NCBI RefSeq assembly: GCF_000012285.1
Contig: NC_007181.1
Location: 1,170,001-1,202,000 of the forward strand
DNA: 32,000 bases
DNA from: Sulfolobus acidocaldarius DSM 639
GTDB taxonomy: Archaea > Thermoproteota > Thermoprotei_A > Sulfolobales > Sulfolobaceae
Reading direction: 5' to 3'
Every line of letters starts with the position of its first letter. Position 1 is the first letter of the stretch. The position numbers were made by a program, and so were the translations under genes. Shown piece by piece: positions 1 through 9,671 of the stretch. Under the pieces are notes generated by a model. It was given only the letters and a program-made list of their open reading frames with translations. It searched no databases and was not told the DNA's origin.

Positions 1-423
1 ACCCCTGCAACAGGAGTATTTAACGCTACGTTAAGAGCTGCAGAATTACTTGAGTTAGAAGGAGTAGAACGAAGATGGAAAAGGCATGAGGCTTGTACTA
101 AATATGTAAGAGATGCACTATCATACTTTGGTTTCAGTCTATTAGGTAACGAGAATAACTTTTCTAATACAGTTGTAGCAGCAATTCCGCCTATAAAGGA
201 TTATAGAGCTAAATTAAAGGAGTTTAATGTCGAAATAGCAGGAGGTATGGGAGAACTTAGAGATAAAGTTGTTAGAATAGGTCTTTTAGGTATAGTTGAT
301 GATAGAGCTGTTATGAAGCTAATAGGAATAACAGCAAGAATGTTTCACAGTCAATATGAAAAAGAGCCTCCATTAGAATGTAAACTTCCAGAAGAATTAA
401 GAGAAGAGATTGAATGGAGTTAA
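1..423 (+). CDS. class V (AGXT-family) PLP aminotransferase, C-terminal fragment (5' end outside window)
   Basis: Frame 1 is open from base 1 to TAA at 421-423. It is absent from the ORF track because there is no start codon in the window. My translation (...FSNTVVAAIPP...VEIAGGMGELRDKVVRIGLLG...) fits the C-terminal small domain pattern of serine-pyruvate/alanine-glyoxylate aminotransferases. Confidence 0.6.
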   Translation, partial: TPATGVFNATLRAAELLELEGVERRWKRHEACTKYVRDALSYFGFSLLGNENNFSNTVVAAIPPIKDYRAKLKEFNVEIAGGMGELRDKVVRIGLLGIVDDRAVMKLIGITARMFHSQYEKEPPLECKLPEELREEIEWS

Positions 424-455
424 TCTTTTTTCCTGAAGTTTAATATGTAGCATGT

Positions 456-725
456 ATGACAATAGACAAGATTAACGAAATATTTAAAGAAAATTGGAAA
501 AATAAATTAACAAAATATGAAATTGCAAGAATAATAAGTGCGCGCGCATTACAATTATCTATGGGAGCCTTACCACTGATAGATACTTCTAACCTAAAAT
601 CTGATGACGTAATAAGTATAGCTGAGGAGGAATTAAAAAGAGGAGTTCTTCCGATAACTATAAGGAGAATTTATCCCAACGGGCAGGTTGAACTTATAAG
701 TGTAAGAAAAATAGAGAACAGATAA
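456..725 (+). CDS. rpoK: DNA-directed RNA polymerase subunit K (Rpo6, RPB6/omega family)
   Basis: 89 aa. The core [21 protein letters not shown] is typical of archaeal RpoK. Confidence 0.85.
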
Positions 726-731
726 ATACAA

Positions 732-2738
732 ATGTCATGCAAAACTCCAAAAAACTACACACTTGTAATTGCTGAAAAAAGTAAGGCAGCAAGAAAAATC
801 GCAGAAGCGTTGTCAAATAACTATTCATATTGTAAAAAATTCTACGTCAACTTCTGGATTGTAAATTACTCCTCTAAATATTATATAATATCACCAGCTG
901 CAGGTCATTTGTTCAACTTATATGGCAATTCCTCATTTCCTGTCTATGAAACAGAATGGAAACCTTTATGGCAAATAGATCCTTCAGCTAGATATACAAA
1001 GAAATATTACGATTTAATTAAATCTCTATCTAAAGATGCACAGGAGTTTATCAATGCATGCGATTACGATATAGAAGGATCATTGATAGGTTATCTCATA
1101 ATAAATTTTTTAGGTGATATAAAAAGAGCTAAGAGAGCAAAATTTTCTGCTCTGACTAAAGAAGATATACTAAACTCTTTCAGAAACTTAAAACCTTTAG
1201 ACTATGACATGATTCATGCAGGTATAGCTAGACATAAAGTAGATTGGTTGTGGGGCATTAACGTAAGTAGAGCCCTTATGAAGAGCGTATATACACTTAC
1301 ACGAAAAAGAGTAATCCTAAGTGCTGGCAGAGTTCAGAGCCCGACATTAATACATGTAATAAACAATACAGTAAAGAGAGAATTATTTGTTCCTTTACCA
1401 TACTATTCAATTAATTTAACCATTAATTTAAAAAATAAAGAATTTAAGATAACAATACCAAAAACTTTCGAGAACAAGAATGAAGCAAAACAATACTTAG
1501 AGGAAATAAAAAAGGTAGGTGAAGTCACAGTAACTAACATAGAGTTAAAAGATGCTGTAATTTATAGACCGCCACCATTTAATTTAACAGATTTACAGCT
1601 AGAAGCTGGAAGACTATTTGGTTATTCACCATATTTAGTTGAAAGACTTGCGGAGAACCTGTACCTAAATGGGCTAATAAGTTATCCTAGAACTAATAGT
1701 CAAAAAATACCACCTTCTGTAAATATTTATCAAATAATTGACTCCCTCTCTAAGTCAAAAAGATACGGATCACTGATAAACACATTGTCTCAAATTACCA
1801 AAGGGAAGTATATAGTAAGGCAAGGAGAAAAAGATGATCCAGCACATCCTGCAATATATCCAACTGGAGAATTACCCTATAATTTGGATACCAAGGAATT
1901 GAAACTATATGAATTAATTTTGAGACGATTTTTAGCTTCAATGTCCACAGACGCTAGAGTTAGAAAACAAGAAATAACTTTAAGGATTCCTAAAGTTGAT
2001 ATTGAACTAAAACTGAACATACAGAGCCTGATATATAAAGGTTGGATAATCTTATACCCATACACTAAGTTCTCAGATGAGGAACTTCTGGATGTGAAAA
2101 AAGGAGATAAAGGGCGTATTGTAAGGGCTAACAGTACAATGAAAGTCACAAAGCCTGATACACAACGAGTATCAAAGATTCAATTACTTAAATGGATGGA
2201 GTCGAATAACTTAGGAACTGAAGCTACAAGAGGTAGAATTATAGAGACACTGTTCAAAAGAAAGTATTTAATGAGTAAGGGTAAGTACGCTTATCCCACG
2301 CCCATCGGAATCGTAGTAACTGATGTTTTATCATCTTATTTTAAGGACTTGACGGATGTGAGATTAACATCAGAGATGGAAAAAAAATTAAACGGAATTA
2401 TTAGCGGAAAATTTTCTGAGAACGAAGTAGTTGAGGAAACTAAGAAACTAATAGAGAAATACATTAATGAATTTGAAAATTCAAAGAACGATATTGGAAC
2501 TAAAATAGGAAAAATTCTAGGTCTATTAGAGTATAAAAAATGCAAATATTGTGAATTAGAAGTCTATAAAGATGATCTGTGTAAATATCACTTAAATGCA
2601 ATAAAACTTCTTAAAGATAACTTGAAAATATGGAAGGAGAGGACAGATCTAACAGAAGAATCAATTATTAAAAAACTTAAAAAGCTTAACACTGCAGGGA
2701 AATTTATAAGAGATGTATTGAATACATACTATAACTGA
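732..2738 (+). CDS. topA: type IA DNA topoisomerase (topoisomerase III-like)
   Basis: 668 aa. It has a Toprim N-terminus (VIAEKSKAARKIAEAL, acidic ACDYDIEGS motif), an active-site Tyr region ISYPRTNSQ and a C-terminal Cys/His motif CKYCELEVYKDDLCKYH. There is no helicase domain, so it is not reverse gyrase. Confidence 0.9.
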   Translation: MSCKTPKNYTLVIAEKSKAARKIAEALSNNYSYCKKFYVNFWIVNYSSKYYIISPAAGHLFNLYGNSSFPVYETEWKPLWQIDPSARYTKKYYDLIKSLSKDAQEFINACDYDIEGSLIGYLIINFLGDIKRAKRAKFSALTKEDILNSFRNLKPLDYDMIHAGIARHKVDWLWGINVSRALMKSVYTLTRKRVILSAGRVQSPTLIHVINNTVKRELFVPLPYYSINLTINLKNKEFKITIPKTFENKNEAKQYLEEIKKVGEVTVTNIELKDAVIYRPPPFNLTDLQLEAGRLFGYSPYLVERLAENLYLNGLISYPRTNSQKIPPSVNIYQIIDSLSKSKRYGSLINTLSQITKGKYIVRQGEKDDPAHPAIYPTGELPYNLDTKELKLYELILRRFLASMSTDARVRKQEITLRIPKVDIELKLNIQSLIYKGWIILYPYTKFSDEELLDVKKGDKGRIVRANSTMKVTKPDTQRVSKIQLLKWMESNNLGTEATRGRIIETLFKRKYLMSKGKYAYPTPIGIVVTDVLSSYFKDLTDVRLTSEMEKKLNGIISGKFSENEVVEETKKLIEKYINEFENSKNDIGTKIGKILGLLEYKKCKYCELEVYKDDLCKYHLNAIKLLKDNLKIWKERTDLTEESIIKKLKKLNTAGKFIRDVLNTYYN

Positions 2739-2793
2739 TGATGTGAGTCATGCCATCTTGATTGATGATATTAACCCTGGGGTAACTGATTTG

Positions 2794-3918
2794 TTATAGA
2801 GCCTTATACTTCTCGTGCCAAGCCTCATATACCTTGATTACTTCTGAATTTACACTGGGTTTCCTTATTTTAAGGATCTCCTTAAAGTCCTCCATATTAA
2901 CAGCTCTAGGTTGCTCTAATTTTTTGTCGAACATCTCCTTTACTACCCTTATATGGGCAGCTTGAACTATGTCTTTTATATCACTTGCAGTATACCCTTC
3001 TGTCATTTTAGCTAGTTCATCTATATTAACATTGTCCATTTTTATCTTTGAAGTATAGTGTAATAATAGTGACTTTCTCTGCTCAATATCTGGTAAGCGT
3101 ATGTATATTCTCTTCTGAAATCTTCTTAAGAACGGCTCGTCTAGTCTCCAAGGCTTATTGGTTGCACCTATAACATAGACCTTAAAATTCTCAGATTTAT
3201 CCTGCAAACCATCCATTTCCTTCAGGAATTGATTTCTGACCCTAACTTCCCCACCATTTTCACTATTATATGTACCAAGTAATGCATCTATCTCGTCTAT
3301 GAATATTATCACAGGTTTGCCATCCTTCTTGGACAATTCTCTAGCACTGTTGAATATTTTTGCTACATTTTTCTCAGCCTCGCCTAGCCACTTAGACATC
3401 ACTGATGCTGCGTCGACTTGAATAAAATATGAGTCGATCTCATTAGCTACAGCAGCTGCAATCATTGTTTTACCACAGCCTGGCGGTCCATAAACCAATA
3501 TACCTCTAGGCCATCCTAACGGAAATAGATCTGGTCTTCTTGTAGGATAGACAATAGCCTCTTTTAGAGCCTCCTTAACGTCTTCCAAACCCACGATGTC
3601 ATTAAAGTTTACTTTAGGTTTCTCCTTCATTACTAAATCGTCTACAGAGACTTGACTGTGTTTACCATTCCCATTCCCCGCACCATCAGCAGGAATTAAT
3701 TCCTTTAAAACCTCTATTCGTCTTTTATACTCATTAATCATTTGCTCATATATAGCAGCTGTCGATCCGTCCCTATATAGAGAAACCAGTTGTGCTAATA
3801 CCTCGATCGCTTTCTTGTAGTTGGTAATTGCCTCTTCAGCATTTCCCTCTTTGTCGGCTTTTACAGCATTTATAGCATATTTCCTTGCCATCTCTTCAAG
3901 CATTACTTGGGCAGACAT
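2794..3918 (-). CDS. cdvC: CdvC, Vps4-like AAA+ ATPase with N-terminal MIT domain
   Basis: 374 aa. It has an N-terminal three-helix MIT-like region, Walker A GPPGCGKT, Walker [11 protein letters not shown] and an SRH region [16 protein letters not shown]. It starts 2 nt downstream of the cdvB stop. Confidence 0.92.
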   Translation of the reverse strand: MSAQVMLEEMARKYAINAVKADKEGNAEEAITNYKKAIEVLAQLVSLYRDGSTAAIYEQMINEYKRRIEVLKELIPADGAGNGNGKHSQVSVDDLVMKEKPKVNFNDIVGLEDVKEALKEAIVYPTRRPDLFPLGWPRGILVYGPPGCGKTMIAAAVANEIDSYFIQVDAASVMSKWLGEAEKNVAKIFNSARELSKKDGKPVIIFIDEIDALLGTYNSENGGEVRVRNQFLKEMDGLQDKSENFKVYVIGATNKPWRLDEPFLRRFQKRIYIRLPDIEQRKSLLLHYTSKIKMDNVNIDELAKMTEGYTASDIKDIVQAAHIRVVKEMFDKKLEQPRAVNMEDFKEILKIRKPSVNSEVIKVYEAWHEKYKAL

Positions 3919-3920
3919 AC

Positions 3921-4706
3921 TTAACCCTCAAGAACAATTAGACCCTTTTCTTCGAGTCTCCTTAACACATTGAAAACTTCATCTTTACTAACATCAAAAT
4001 TCTTAGCTATGTAATCTACATCAATAAATCCACCAGTAGTCTTTATGTAATTTAGTATCATATCCTCTGATAAACTCTTCTTGTTGCTACTTTGAACTTG
4101 TTTAGCTACTCTCTTTGGTAACTCTGAAGGTGGATGGGGTAGTTCTGGCAACAATTCTCTAACTTTTACTTCAGCCATCTTCTGAGCTTCTTCCATTATC
4201 TGTTTCGCTTGTTCGTCAGCAACTGTTGGAACAAATGTCTTCTCGCTTAATGCACCAGTTTCAATGGCTATACTATTTACGCTACTCGTTATTGAATCTA
4301 AAGCGAGAGCCACTTCTGGTGCAATACCTCTAACTTGCTCCTTTAATTCTCCTAGTATACGCATTACTGGGAATAGCACCAGAGAAACTCCCTGTAGCTC
4401 CTGGACGGTATCTAGTTTTAATCTTACCTTTTCTATAGCTAAATATGCAGTATATATTATTTTAATCATTTTTCGTATGTCCGAGATCTCTTGTGCATAT
4501 ATCGTAGCTCTCGCTATATCTCCTTCAATTTGAGATCTAATGACTTTCTCAAAGAGATCTTTGTCTCTCTCCCTTAATCTCCTTATTGCTTCGTCTAATC
4601 TATCCTGCTGCTCTTTTAATTTTAAAGATATTTCAGTTATCGCTTTGGACAAATGCACCTTTCTCTTTCTATCACTATTAAAAATTATCGATAACTTATC
4701 AAACAT
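3921..4706 (-). CDS. cdvB: CdvB, ESCRT-III (Snf7-family) protein with C-terminal winged helix
   Basis: 261 aa. It has a long helical-hairpin core, a proline-rich [10 protein letters not shown] (MIM2-type Vps4-binding) motif and a C-terminal wH ([33 protein letters not shown]). Confidence 0.9.
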   Translation of the reverse strand: MFDKLSIIFNSDRKRKVHLSKAITEISLKLKEQQDRLDEAIRRLRERDKDLFEKVIRSQIEGDIARATIYAQEISDIRKMIKIIYTAYLAIEKVRLKLDTVQELQGVSLVLFPVMRILGELKEQVRGIAPEVALALDSITSSVNSIAIETGALSEKTFVPTVADEQAKQIMEEAQKMAEVKVRELLPELPHPPSELPKRVAKQVQSSNKKSLSEDMILNYIKTTGGFIDVDYIAKNFDVSKDEVFNVLRRLEEKGLIVLEG

Positions 4707-4723
4707 CCTATGTCACTAATTCT

Positions 4724-5440
4724 TCATAAAGTATTTATTACCCTTACTGGTATTGGAACAGACACTTCAGACTTATTACCCTCGTTCTTATTTGACTGTT
4801 CTGTTGACGTGTTTAATGAGGCAGAAGGCTTAAGTTCTATTACCTCCTTATCCAATCCGTCAAGTTTATCTAGAGTTTTCTTTATATCGTCTCTTTCCAA
4901 TGCATAACTATCCCTAGACAGTCTTAGAATTTCCATAGAATTTTTATATGCAAGTTCTGGTATTTCACCCGATATGTAATTTATCTTCAATGCAATCATA
5001 GCTCTATCAATTTGAGCAACTTGGTCCTCTATTGAGTTTAATCTATCTTTTAATCTTCCCTTTAATCTTGAATGCTCATCTCTTATCTTTAGCAACTCAC
5101 TGTCTAACTTCCTTTTCATATCCTCATATGTACTTTTAGGTATCTCTTGCCTAGAGTATAACTCCTCGAGCGCTCTTTGTCTCTTCCTTATCTTCTCCAT
5201 CTGTCCTAATACTTTCAAAGAGTCGGTTTTCCAATCAGGTAATATTACTACAGAATCTCCATCAACTTTTACGCTATTCGGAGAATATGTCTTGATTTCT
5301 TCACCTTTAAATAATTCAATACCTGTTATTGTACCATCAATTTCAGTATAAACATGAACTATTACTCCAGCATCACGACCATAAACGTCCTTTACCTTTT
5401 GCCCTATGAACTTTGTTAATACCTCAACCGGAATGCCCAT
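4724..5440 (-). CDS. cdvA: CdvA, PRC-barrel/coiled-coil cell division protein
   Basis: The ORF track starts at TTG 5455. I prefer ATG 5440 (MGIPVEVL..., 238 aa). It has an N-terminal PRC-barrel-like beta domain, a central coiled coil and a C-terminal [10 protein letters not shown] peptide of the kind that binds the CdvB winged helix. Confidence 0.9.
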   Translation of the reverse strand: MGIPVEVLTKFIGQKVKDVYGRDAGVIVHVYTEIDGTITGIELFKGEEIKTYSPNSVKVDGDSVVILPDWKTDSLKVLGQMEKIRKRQRALEELYSRQEIPKSTYEDMKRKLDSELLKIRDEHSRLKGRLKDRLNSIEDQVAQIDRAMIALKINYISGEIPELAYKNSMEILRLSRDSYALERDDIKKTLDKLDGLDKEVIELKPSASLNTSTEQSNKNEGNKSEVSVPIPVRVINTL

Positions 5441-5473
5441 GGTATTACTCCTCAAAGTTATCAGCTATGATGA

Positions 5474-5486
5474 TTATATTTATAAG
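5474..5486 (-). promoter_or_regulatory. cdvA TATA box region
   Basis: The minus-strand sequence CTTATAAATATAA ends 33 nt upstream of the ATG at 5440. This implies a TSS around 5450-5456 and a short 5' UTR. Confidence 0.6.
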
Positions 5487-5492
5487 AATTTA

Positions 5493-5551
5493 GGCTCTTC
5501 AGTAGGTAGAGGTTCATCATCAATAAGCGCTTTTAACCCTCATCATTAGCC
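5493..5551 (-). ncRNA. C/D box sRNA (2'-O-methylation guide)
   Basis: The minus strand reads GGCTA-ATGATGA(C)-GGGTTAAAAGCG(12 nt)-CTTA(D')-TTG-ATGATGA(C')-ACCTCTACCTA(11 nt)-CTGA(D)-AGAGCC. A terminal stem GGCU/AGCC is possible. A TATA box (GTTTATAA, plus-strand coordinates 5574-5581) lies 22 nt upstream of the 5' end. Confidence 0.75.
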
Positions 5552-5573
5552 CCATAATATTACGCTAATTAGC

Positions 5574-5581
5574 TTATAAAC
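5574..5581. promoter_or_regulatory. shared bidirectional TATA element (sRNA on minus strand, 82-aa membrane ORF on plus strand)
   Basis: The palindromic core TTATAA lies about 22-26 nt from the sRNA 5' end (5551) and about 25-30 nt from the ATG at 5606. Confidence 0.5.
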
Positions 5582-5605
5582 ATTTAAAGATGAACCTAAT
5601 AATTA

Positions 5606-5854
5606 ATGAGCCTGGAAACATTTCACTATATTGCTAATCAATTATCAGGTATATTTAACTTCAATGGAGAGCCTTTAGCTACAGCATTAATAATACTAGG
5701 ATTGGCAATACTTTCAATAATGATATTGGCTGGGTTAATTTATGGAGCAATAAAGGTAGTTAAAGCAGTTCCAAACATGCCTTTTAAACAGTTCATCATA
5801 GTAATGCTAATGATAGCAGTATTCTTAGTAATTGTTGGAGTACTAATACCCTAA
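5606..5854 (+). CDS. small membrane protein (two predicted TM helices)
   Basis: 82 aa. It has two long hydrophobic segments ([26 protein letters not shown] and [19 protein letters not shown]). I recognise no family. Confidence 0.5.
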   Translation: MSLETFHYIANQLSGIFNFNGEPLATALIILGLAILSIMILAGLIYGAIKVVKAVPNMPFKQFIIVMLMIAVFLVIVGVLIP

Positions 5855-7101
5855 AGGTAAAAATTTTTACCGTAAAACTCTAATCCATAATCCAACTCTA
5901 TTTCTATTAACCTGTTATACTTACTTGTTCTCTCTCCTCTTGAAGGTGCACCAGTTTTGATGAACTCACTTTGGGTACCTACTGCAAGATCAGCTATTAT
6001 AGAATCTTCGGTCTCTCCGCTCCTGTGGCTAACAATTGTCTTCACAGCATTTCTTCTAGCGAAATCTATATAATCTAAAGTTTCGGTTATGGTTCCAATT
6101 TGATTGGGCTTTACTATGGTACCTTTACTTGACATTCTTTCTATTCCCTTCTTCAAATATTCTATATTTGTCACATACAAATCGTCACCGGTTACAATAG
6201 TTTTTTTCAGCTTACTTTGCAACTGAGAAAATGAATCATAATCGTTCTCTTCAAAGGGATCTTCAATATACATTAAAGGATACATATCTGCTAATTGCTT
6301 GTAGTAATCTATCAATTCACCTGCAGTATACCTCTTACCATCTAGTTCATAGTGAGACTCATGAAAGAAATTAGAGGCTGCAGCGTCCATACCCATAAAA
6401 ATCTTGTCCTCATATCCTAGGCTTTTTATAGATGTATAAACGAGATCCAATGCGTCCATCGTCTTTTCAAGTGGAGGAGAAAATCCCCCTTCATCACCTA
6501 AGGCTGTATATATCTTTCCATACCTTTCTGTGATTAAGTCCTTTAGCCTTTTATATACTTCGATGGAGGCTTGAATGGCTTCTGTAAACTTATCAAAATT
6601 CTTGGGAATTATGATAAATTCCTGAATCTTTAGATTATTTCCTGCGTGAAGACCACCATTTAATATATTCAAAAGAGGCATTGGAATGTATTTGGCTCTG
6701 GGACCTCCTATATATTCAAAGTACTCCTGTCCTAAAGCTCTTGATGCAGTTTTCAAAACAGCTATAGAAGTTGCTATCATAGTATTACCACCAATTCTTG
6801 ATTTATTTTGTGTGCCATCAAGCCTTATTAGCGTTGTATCTATAACCCTTTGCCTTCTCACATCATAATCTTTTAGAGAATCACTCAATACAGTATTTAC
6901 TAGTTCTACGGCATCAATAACTCTCCCATTTTTATCCTTCAGCTCTACGGCTTCATTTGCACCTTTTGATGCTCCTGCAGGAGCATCGCCAAATCCTACT
7001 ATTCCGTCGTAAGTTTCCACTCTAACTCTGATTGTCCTATTAGCTCTAGAATCAATTATCTCATAACCCTTTAATTTCCTTATTCTAAACCTATCGTTCA
7101 T
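5851..7101 (-). CDS. eno: enolase (phosphopyruvate hydratase)
   Basis: The sequence is enolase-like throughout ([44 protein letters not shown]). The track start at 7167 adds 22 poorly enolase-like residues. I prefer ATG 7101 ([19 protein letters not shown]...). Confidence 0.9.
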   Translation of the reverse strand: MNDRFRIRKLKGYEIIDSRANRTIRVRVETYDGIVGFGDAPAGASKGANEAVELKDKNGRVIDAVELVNTVLSDSLKDYDVRRQRVIDTTLIRLDGTQNKSRIGGNTMIATSIAVLKTASRALGQEYFEYIGGPRAKYIPMPLLNILNGGLHAGNNLKIQEFIIIPKNFDKFTEAIQASIEVYKRLKDLITERYGKIYTALGDEGGFSPPLEKTMDALDLVYTSIKSLGYEDKIFMGMDAAASNFFHESHYELDGKRYTAGELIDYYKQLADMYPLMYIEDPFEENDYDSFSQLQSKLKKTIVTGDDLYVTNIEYLKKGIERMSSKGTIVKPNQIGTITETLDYIDFARRNAVKTIVSHRSGETEDSIIADLAVGTQSEFIKTGAPSRGERTSKYNRLIEIELDYGLEFYGKNFYL

Positions 7102-7139
7102 TTTAAGTCTGTTTGTGTATATTTTGGATAAGATAATAA

Positions 7140-7451
7140 ATGTTAGTCTCGGAGGCTGTTCTTCCACTATTATTCTATGGAATATTAACGCCTGTATACC
7201 AAGTAATTTTAAGGGGGAAAATTAGTAATGTAAAAGGGTTTTATCTAGCCTGGATAACAGCACCGTTCCTGGTGGGATATTTCTTTTACTCAACTTTAGT
7301 TGAGGTTTTTCTGTTACTTATATTCAATATAATTGGCTATATCATTGTTCTTAAAAATAAATACAAGTACATATTTCCACTACTTCTTTTTTCAGCAGTG
7401 ATAATACAAATATTTTATATCTTAACAACACTACATACTATTCATGGTTAG
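7140..7451 (+). CDS. hypothetical integral membrane protein
   Basis: 103 aa, hydrophobic throughout. It overlaps the next gene by 8 nt. I recognise no family. Confidence 0.4.
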   Translation: MLVSEAVLPLLFYGILTPVYQVILRGKISNVKGFYLAWITAPFLVGYFFYSTLVEVFLLLIFNIIGYIIVLKNKYKYIFPLLLFSAVIIQIFYILTTLHTIHG

Positions 7452-7761
7452 AAAGAAAGCAATTGAAGCAGACGTTTGTCCTAACTGTGGTAAAAAAGCT
7501 GAAAAACCAGTTAAGACATGGCAATTGGTATCTCCATTACCAGACGCCTACGGAAGAATAACAATTACAGTTATGGGATCATATGAATGCGGTAATTGTG
7601 GACATAAATGGAAAGCAGTAGTTTCTAAGATAAAAGCTGGTGGAAGCTCAGTAGAAATTGAAGGAAAGAAAGGAAAGAAAACTATAGGAGAGGAGAAAGA
7701 AGATAAAAGAGAGGGAGAAGTTATAGAATTGGATATAAGTGATTTAGATGAAGAAGAGTGA
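7444..7761 (+). CDS. zinc-ribbon protein with acidic C-terminal tail
   Basis: 105 aa. It has CPNCG...CGNCG (4-Cys ribbon) followed by a K/E-rich region and a DISDLDEEE tail. Confidence 0.55.
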   Translation: MVRKKAIEADVCPNCGKKAEKPVKTWQLVSPLPDAYGRITITVMGSYECGNCGHKWKAVVSKIKAGGSSVEIEGKKGKKTIGEEKEDKREGEVIELDISDLDEEE

Positions 7762-8161
7762 TGTAGCGATAGTACTTGTCGTGATACTAATTTACGTTGT
7801 ATTGTTCTCTGGAATTGTCCAGACAGCCAGTATTGAAGGAGTGTCAATGTATCCAGTTTTCCAAAACGGATTCCTTACTTTTTATGTATCACCGTCTGAT
7901 ATCTCAGTAGGAAACATAGTTATATATAAGTCAACTGTCGGTACTTATGTTATCCATCAGGTGATACATATCGATGGAAATTCTTACGTGACAAAAGGTG
8001 TTGATAACATAACAAATTACCTTCCAGATAATAAAATAGGTTTAGAGCCTCAATCTGGAATTCCAAAAACAGCAGTTATTGGAAAAGTAGCTGAGGTAAA
8101 TGGGTTTGTAATAAGTATACCCTACTTAGGTTATATTTCTATATTATTCTCTTCATTGTAG
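7748..8161 (+). CDS. archaeal type I signal peptidase (S26B/Sec11-like)
   Basis: 137 aa. It has an N-terminal TM anchor, a Ser box GVSMYPVF, a His box YVIHQVIH and a TKGVDNITN box resembling the TKGDNN motif. Confidence 0.6.
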   Translation: MKKSDVAIVLVVILIYVVLFSGIVQTASIEGVSMYPVFQNGFLTFYVSPSDISVGNIVIYKSTVGTYVIHQVIHIDGNSYVTKGVDNITNYLPDNKIGLEPQSGIPKTAVIGKVAEVNGFVISIPYLGYISILFSSL

Positions 8162-9670
8162 ATTTTTTACCTTACCCTCTTGTCTTAATCTATAAACTCT
8201 GTATGTAGGAGTTATTGTGCTTGGATGATTTGCAGTAACTTGGTCTATTCTACCTACAGCAGTATTGGTAGGAGATGAGATTACATTATTAGGATTGTTG
8301 TAAGCCTCTCTAGCTATCTCAGTTAGAGCCTCTGCAAAAGAGTCTAATACTTCCTTAGGCTCAGTCTCTGTTGGTTCAATCATAATAGATTCCTCTATAT
8401 TTGGAGGAAAATATATTGTTGGTGCATAGAAACCCCTATCAAGTAAGGCTTTAGCTATATCGAAAGCTGTAACACCCTTATCCCTCGCCAACTCCTTTGC
8501 TGAAAATACAACCTCATGTTTTCTTGGTCTATACGGAGCAATTAGATCTAAGCCTTTGACATTTCTAAGCTTAAAAATAATATAGTTGGTTGCTAAGGTA
8601 CTTAGTTTTCCTATCATGGATAATCCCTCAGCTCCAAGTCCTAGAATGTATACATATGATCTTACAACATTTCCTATGTTACCATAAAAAGATGCAATCT
8701 TTCCTATAGTGTGCTTTGGAATGTAATCTATGGCATATTTACCATTTTTCTTTTCTACTATTGGATAAGGTAGAAAATCTACCATATCTCCTTTAGCACA
8801 TATAGCACCTGCACCTGGTCCTCCTCCTCCATGTGGAACTGCAAACGTTTTATGAAGATTAAGATGAACTATATCAAAACCCATGTCTCCTGGTCTCACT
8901 ACACCCAATATTCCATTCATATTAGCTCCATCATAGTATAGCTTAGCATCTACGTTATGAAGCAACTTAGCTATTTCCACTATATTTTCTTCGAAAAGAC
9001 CTAAAGTATTTGGATTAGTGAGCATAAATCCAGCTGTTTTCTCTCCTACTACCTCTCTTAATAAATCAATATCCACTAACCCCTCTTTATTAGATCTAAT
9101 ATAGATTACCTTGTAACCAGCCATCGCAGCACTTGCTGGGTTAGTTCCATGTGCAGTATCTGCAACTAACATTTCATCTCTACTAAACCTCTCCTTTAAT
9201 TCATGATACTTCTTTATCATCAGAACGCCAGCTAACTCGCCTGCTGAACCAGCCGGTACTTGCAAACTACATATATCAGTCCCTGTTATTTCAGCTAACA
9301 TAAGTTGCATTTCATAAATGATCTCTAAGATTCCTTGAACAGTCTCAGAATCCTGCAAGGGATGTAAACCTGAAACAACGTCGCTTATCTTTTCTTCGAC
9401 TTTTGGATTATATTTCATTGTGCAGGAACCCAGCGGTACAAATCCTGTATCTACACCAAAACTCATTTGGGATAATCTTATGTAGTGTCTTACAGCCTCT
9501 AACTCACTAATGGAAGGTAGATTAGGCTCATTTCTCCTCTTTAGATTTTCAGGAATGTTTAAGGTTATTTCTTTTCTTAAACTATCGTCATGAGTAATTA
9601 AAGTTCCTACTCTGCCATTGCCCTTATATTCAGTTATTAATGGTTCATCCCACTTCGCTTGTCTCCACAC
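8153..9670 (-). CDS. gcvPB: glycine dehydrogenase (decarboxylating) subunit 2
   Basis: 505 aa with a GTG start. It has a PLP-lysine region (NLHKTF) and is GcvPB-like throughout. It starts 1 nt after the gcvPA stop. Confidence 0.9.
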   Translation of the reverse strand: MWRQAKWDEPLITEYKGNGRVGTLITHDDSLRKEITLNIPENLKRRNEPNLPSISELEAVRHYIRLSQMSFGVDTGFVPLGSCTMKYNPKVEEKISDVVSGLHPLQDSETVQGILEIIYEMQLMLAEITGTDICSLQVPAGSAGELAGVLMIKKYHELKERFSRDEMLVADTAHGTNPASAAMAGYKVIYIRSNKEGLVDIDLLREVVGEKTAGFMLTNPNTLGLFEENIVEIAKLLHNVDAKLYYDGANMNGILGVVRPGDMGFDIVHLNLHKTFAVPHGGGGPGAGAICAKGDMVDFLPYPIVEKKNGKYAIDYIPKHTIGKIASFYGNIGNVVRSYVYILGLGAEGLSMIGKLSTLATNYIIFKLRNVKGLDLIAPYRPRKHEVVFSAKELARDKGVTAFDIAKALLDRGFYAPTIYFPPNIEESIMIEPTETEPKEVLDSFAEALTEIAREAYNNPNNVISSPTNTAVGRIDQVTANHPSTITPTYRVYRLRQEGKVKNLQ

Positions 9671-9671
9671 A

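Noticed and set aside
2735-2789. C/D box sRNA-like string overlapping the topA stop: CTGATGA ... TTGA-T-TGATGA ... CTGA, with flanking TATAA/TTATA.
   Set aside because: The box spacing is wrong. The guide spacers would be 16-17 nt instead of about 12, and the D'-like TTGA is separated from the C' box by only one nucleotide, too tight for a K-loop. It is probably a chance occurrence of TGATGA in AT-rich DNA, and worth only a glance in small-RNA-seq data.
7102-7167. N-terminal extension of enolase. The same issue applies to the 10942-11055 extension of gcvT and the 5441-5455 TTG extension of cdvA.
   Set aside because: The extensions have no family-like sequence, overlap the neighbouring divergent gene or promoter, and are followed by internal ATGs with canonical N-termini.
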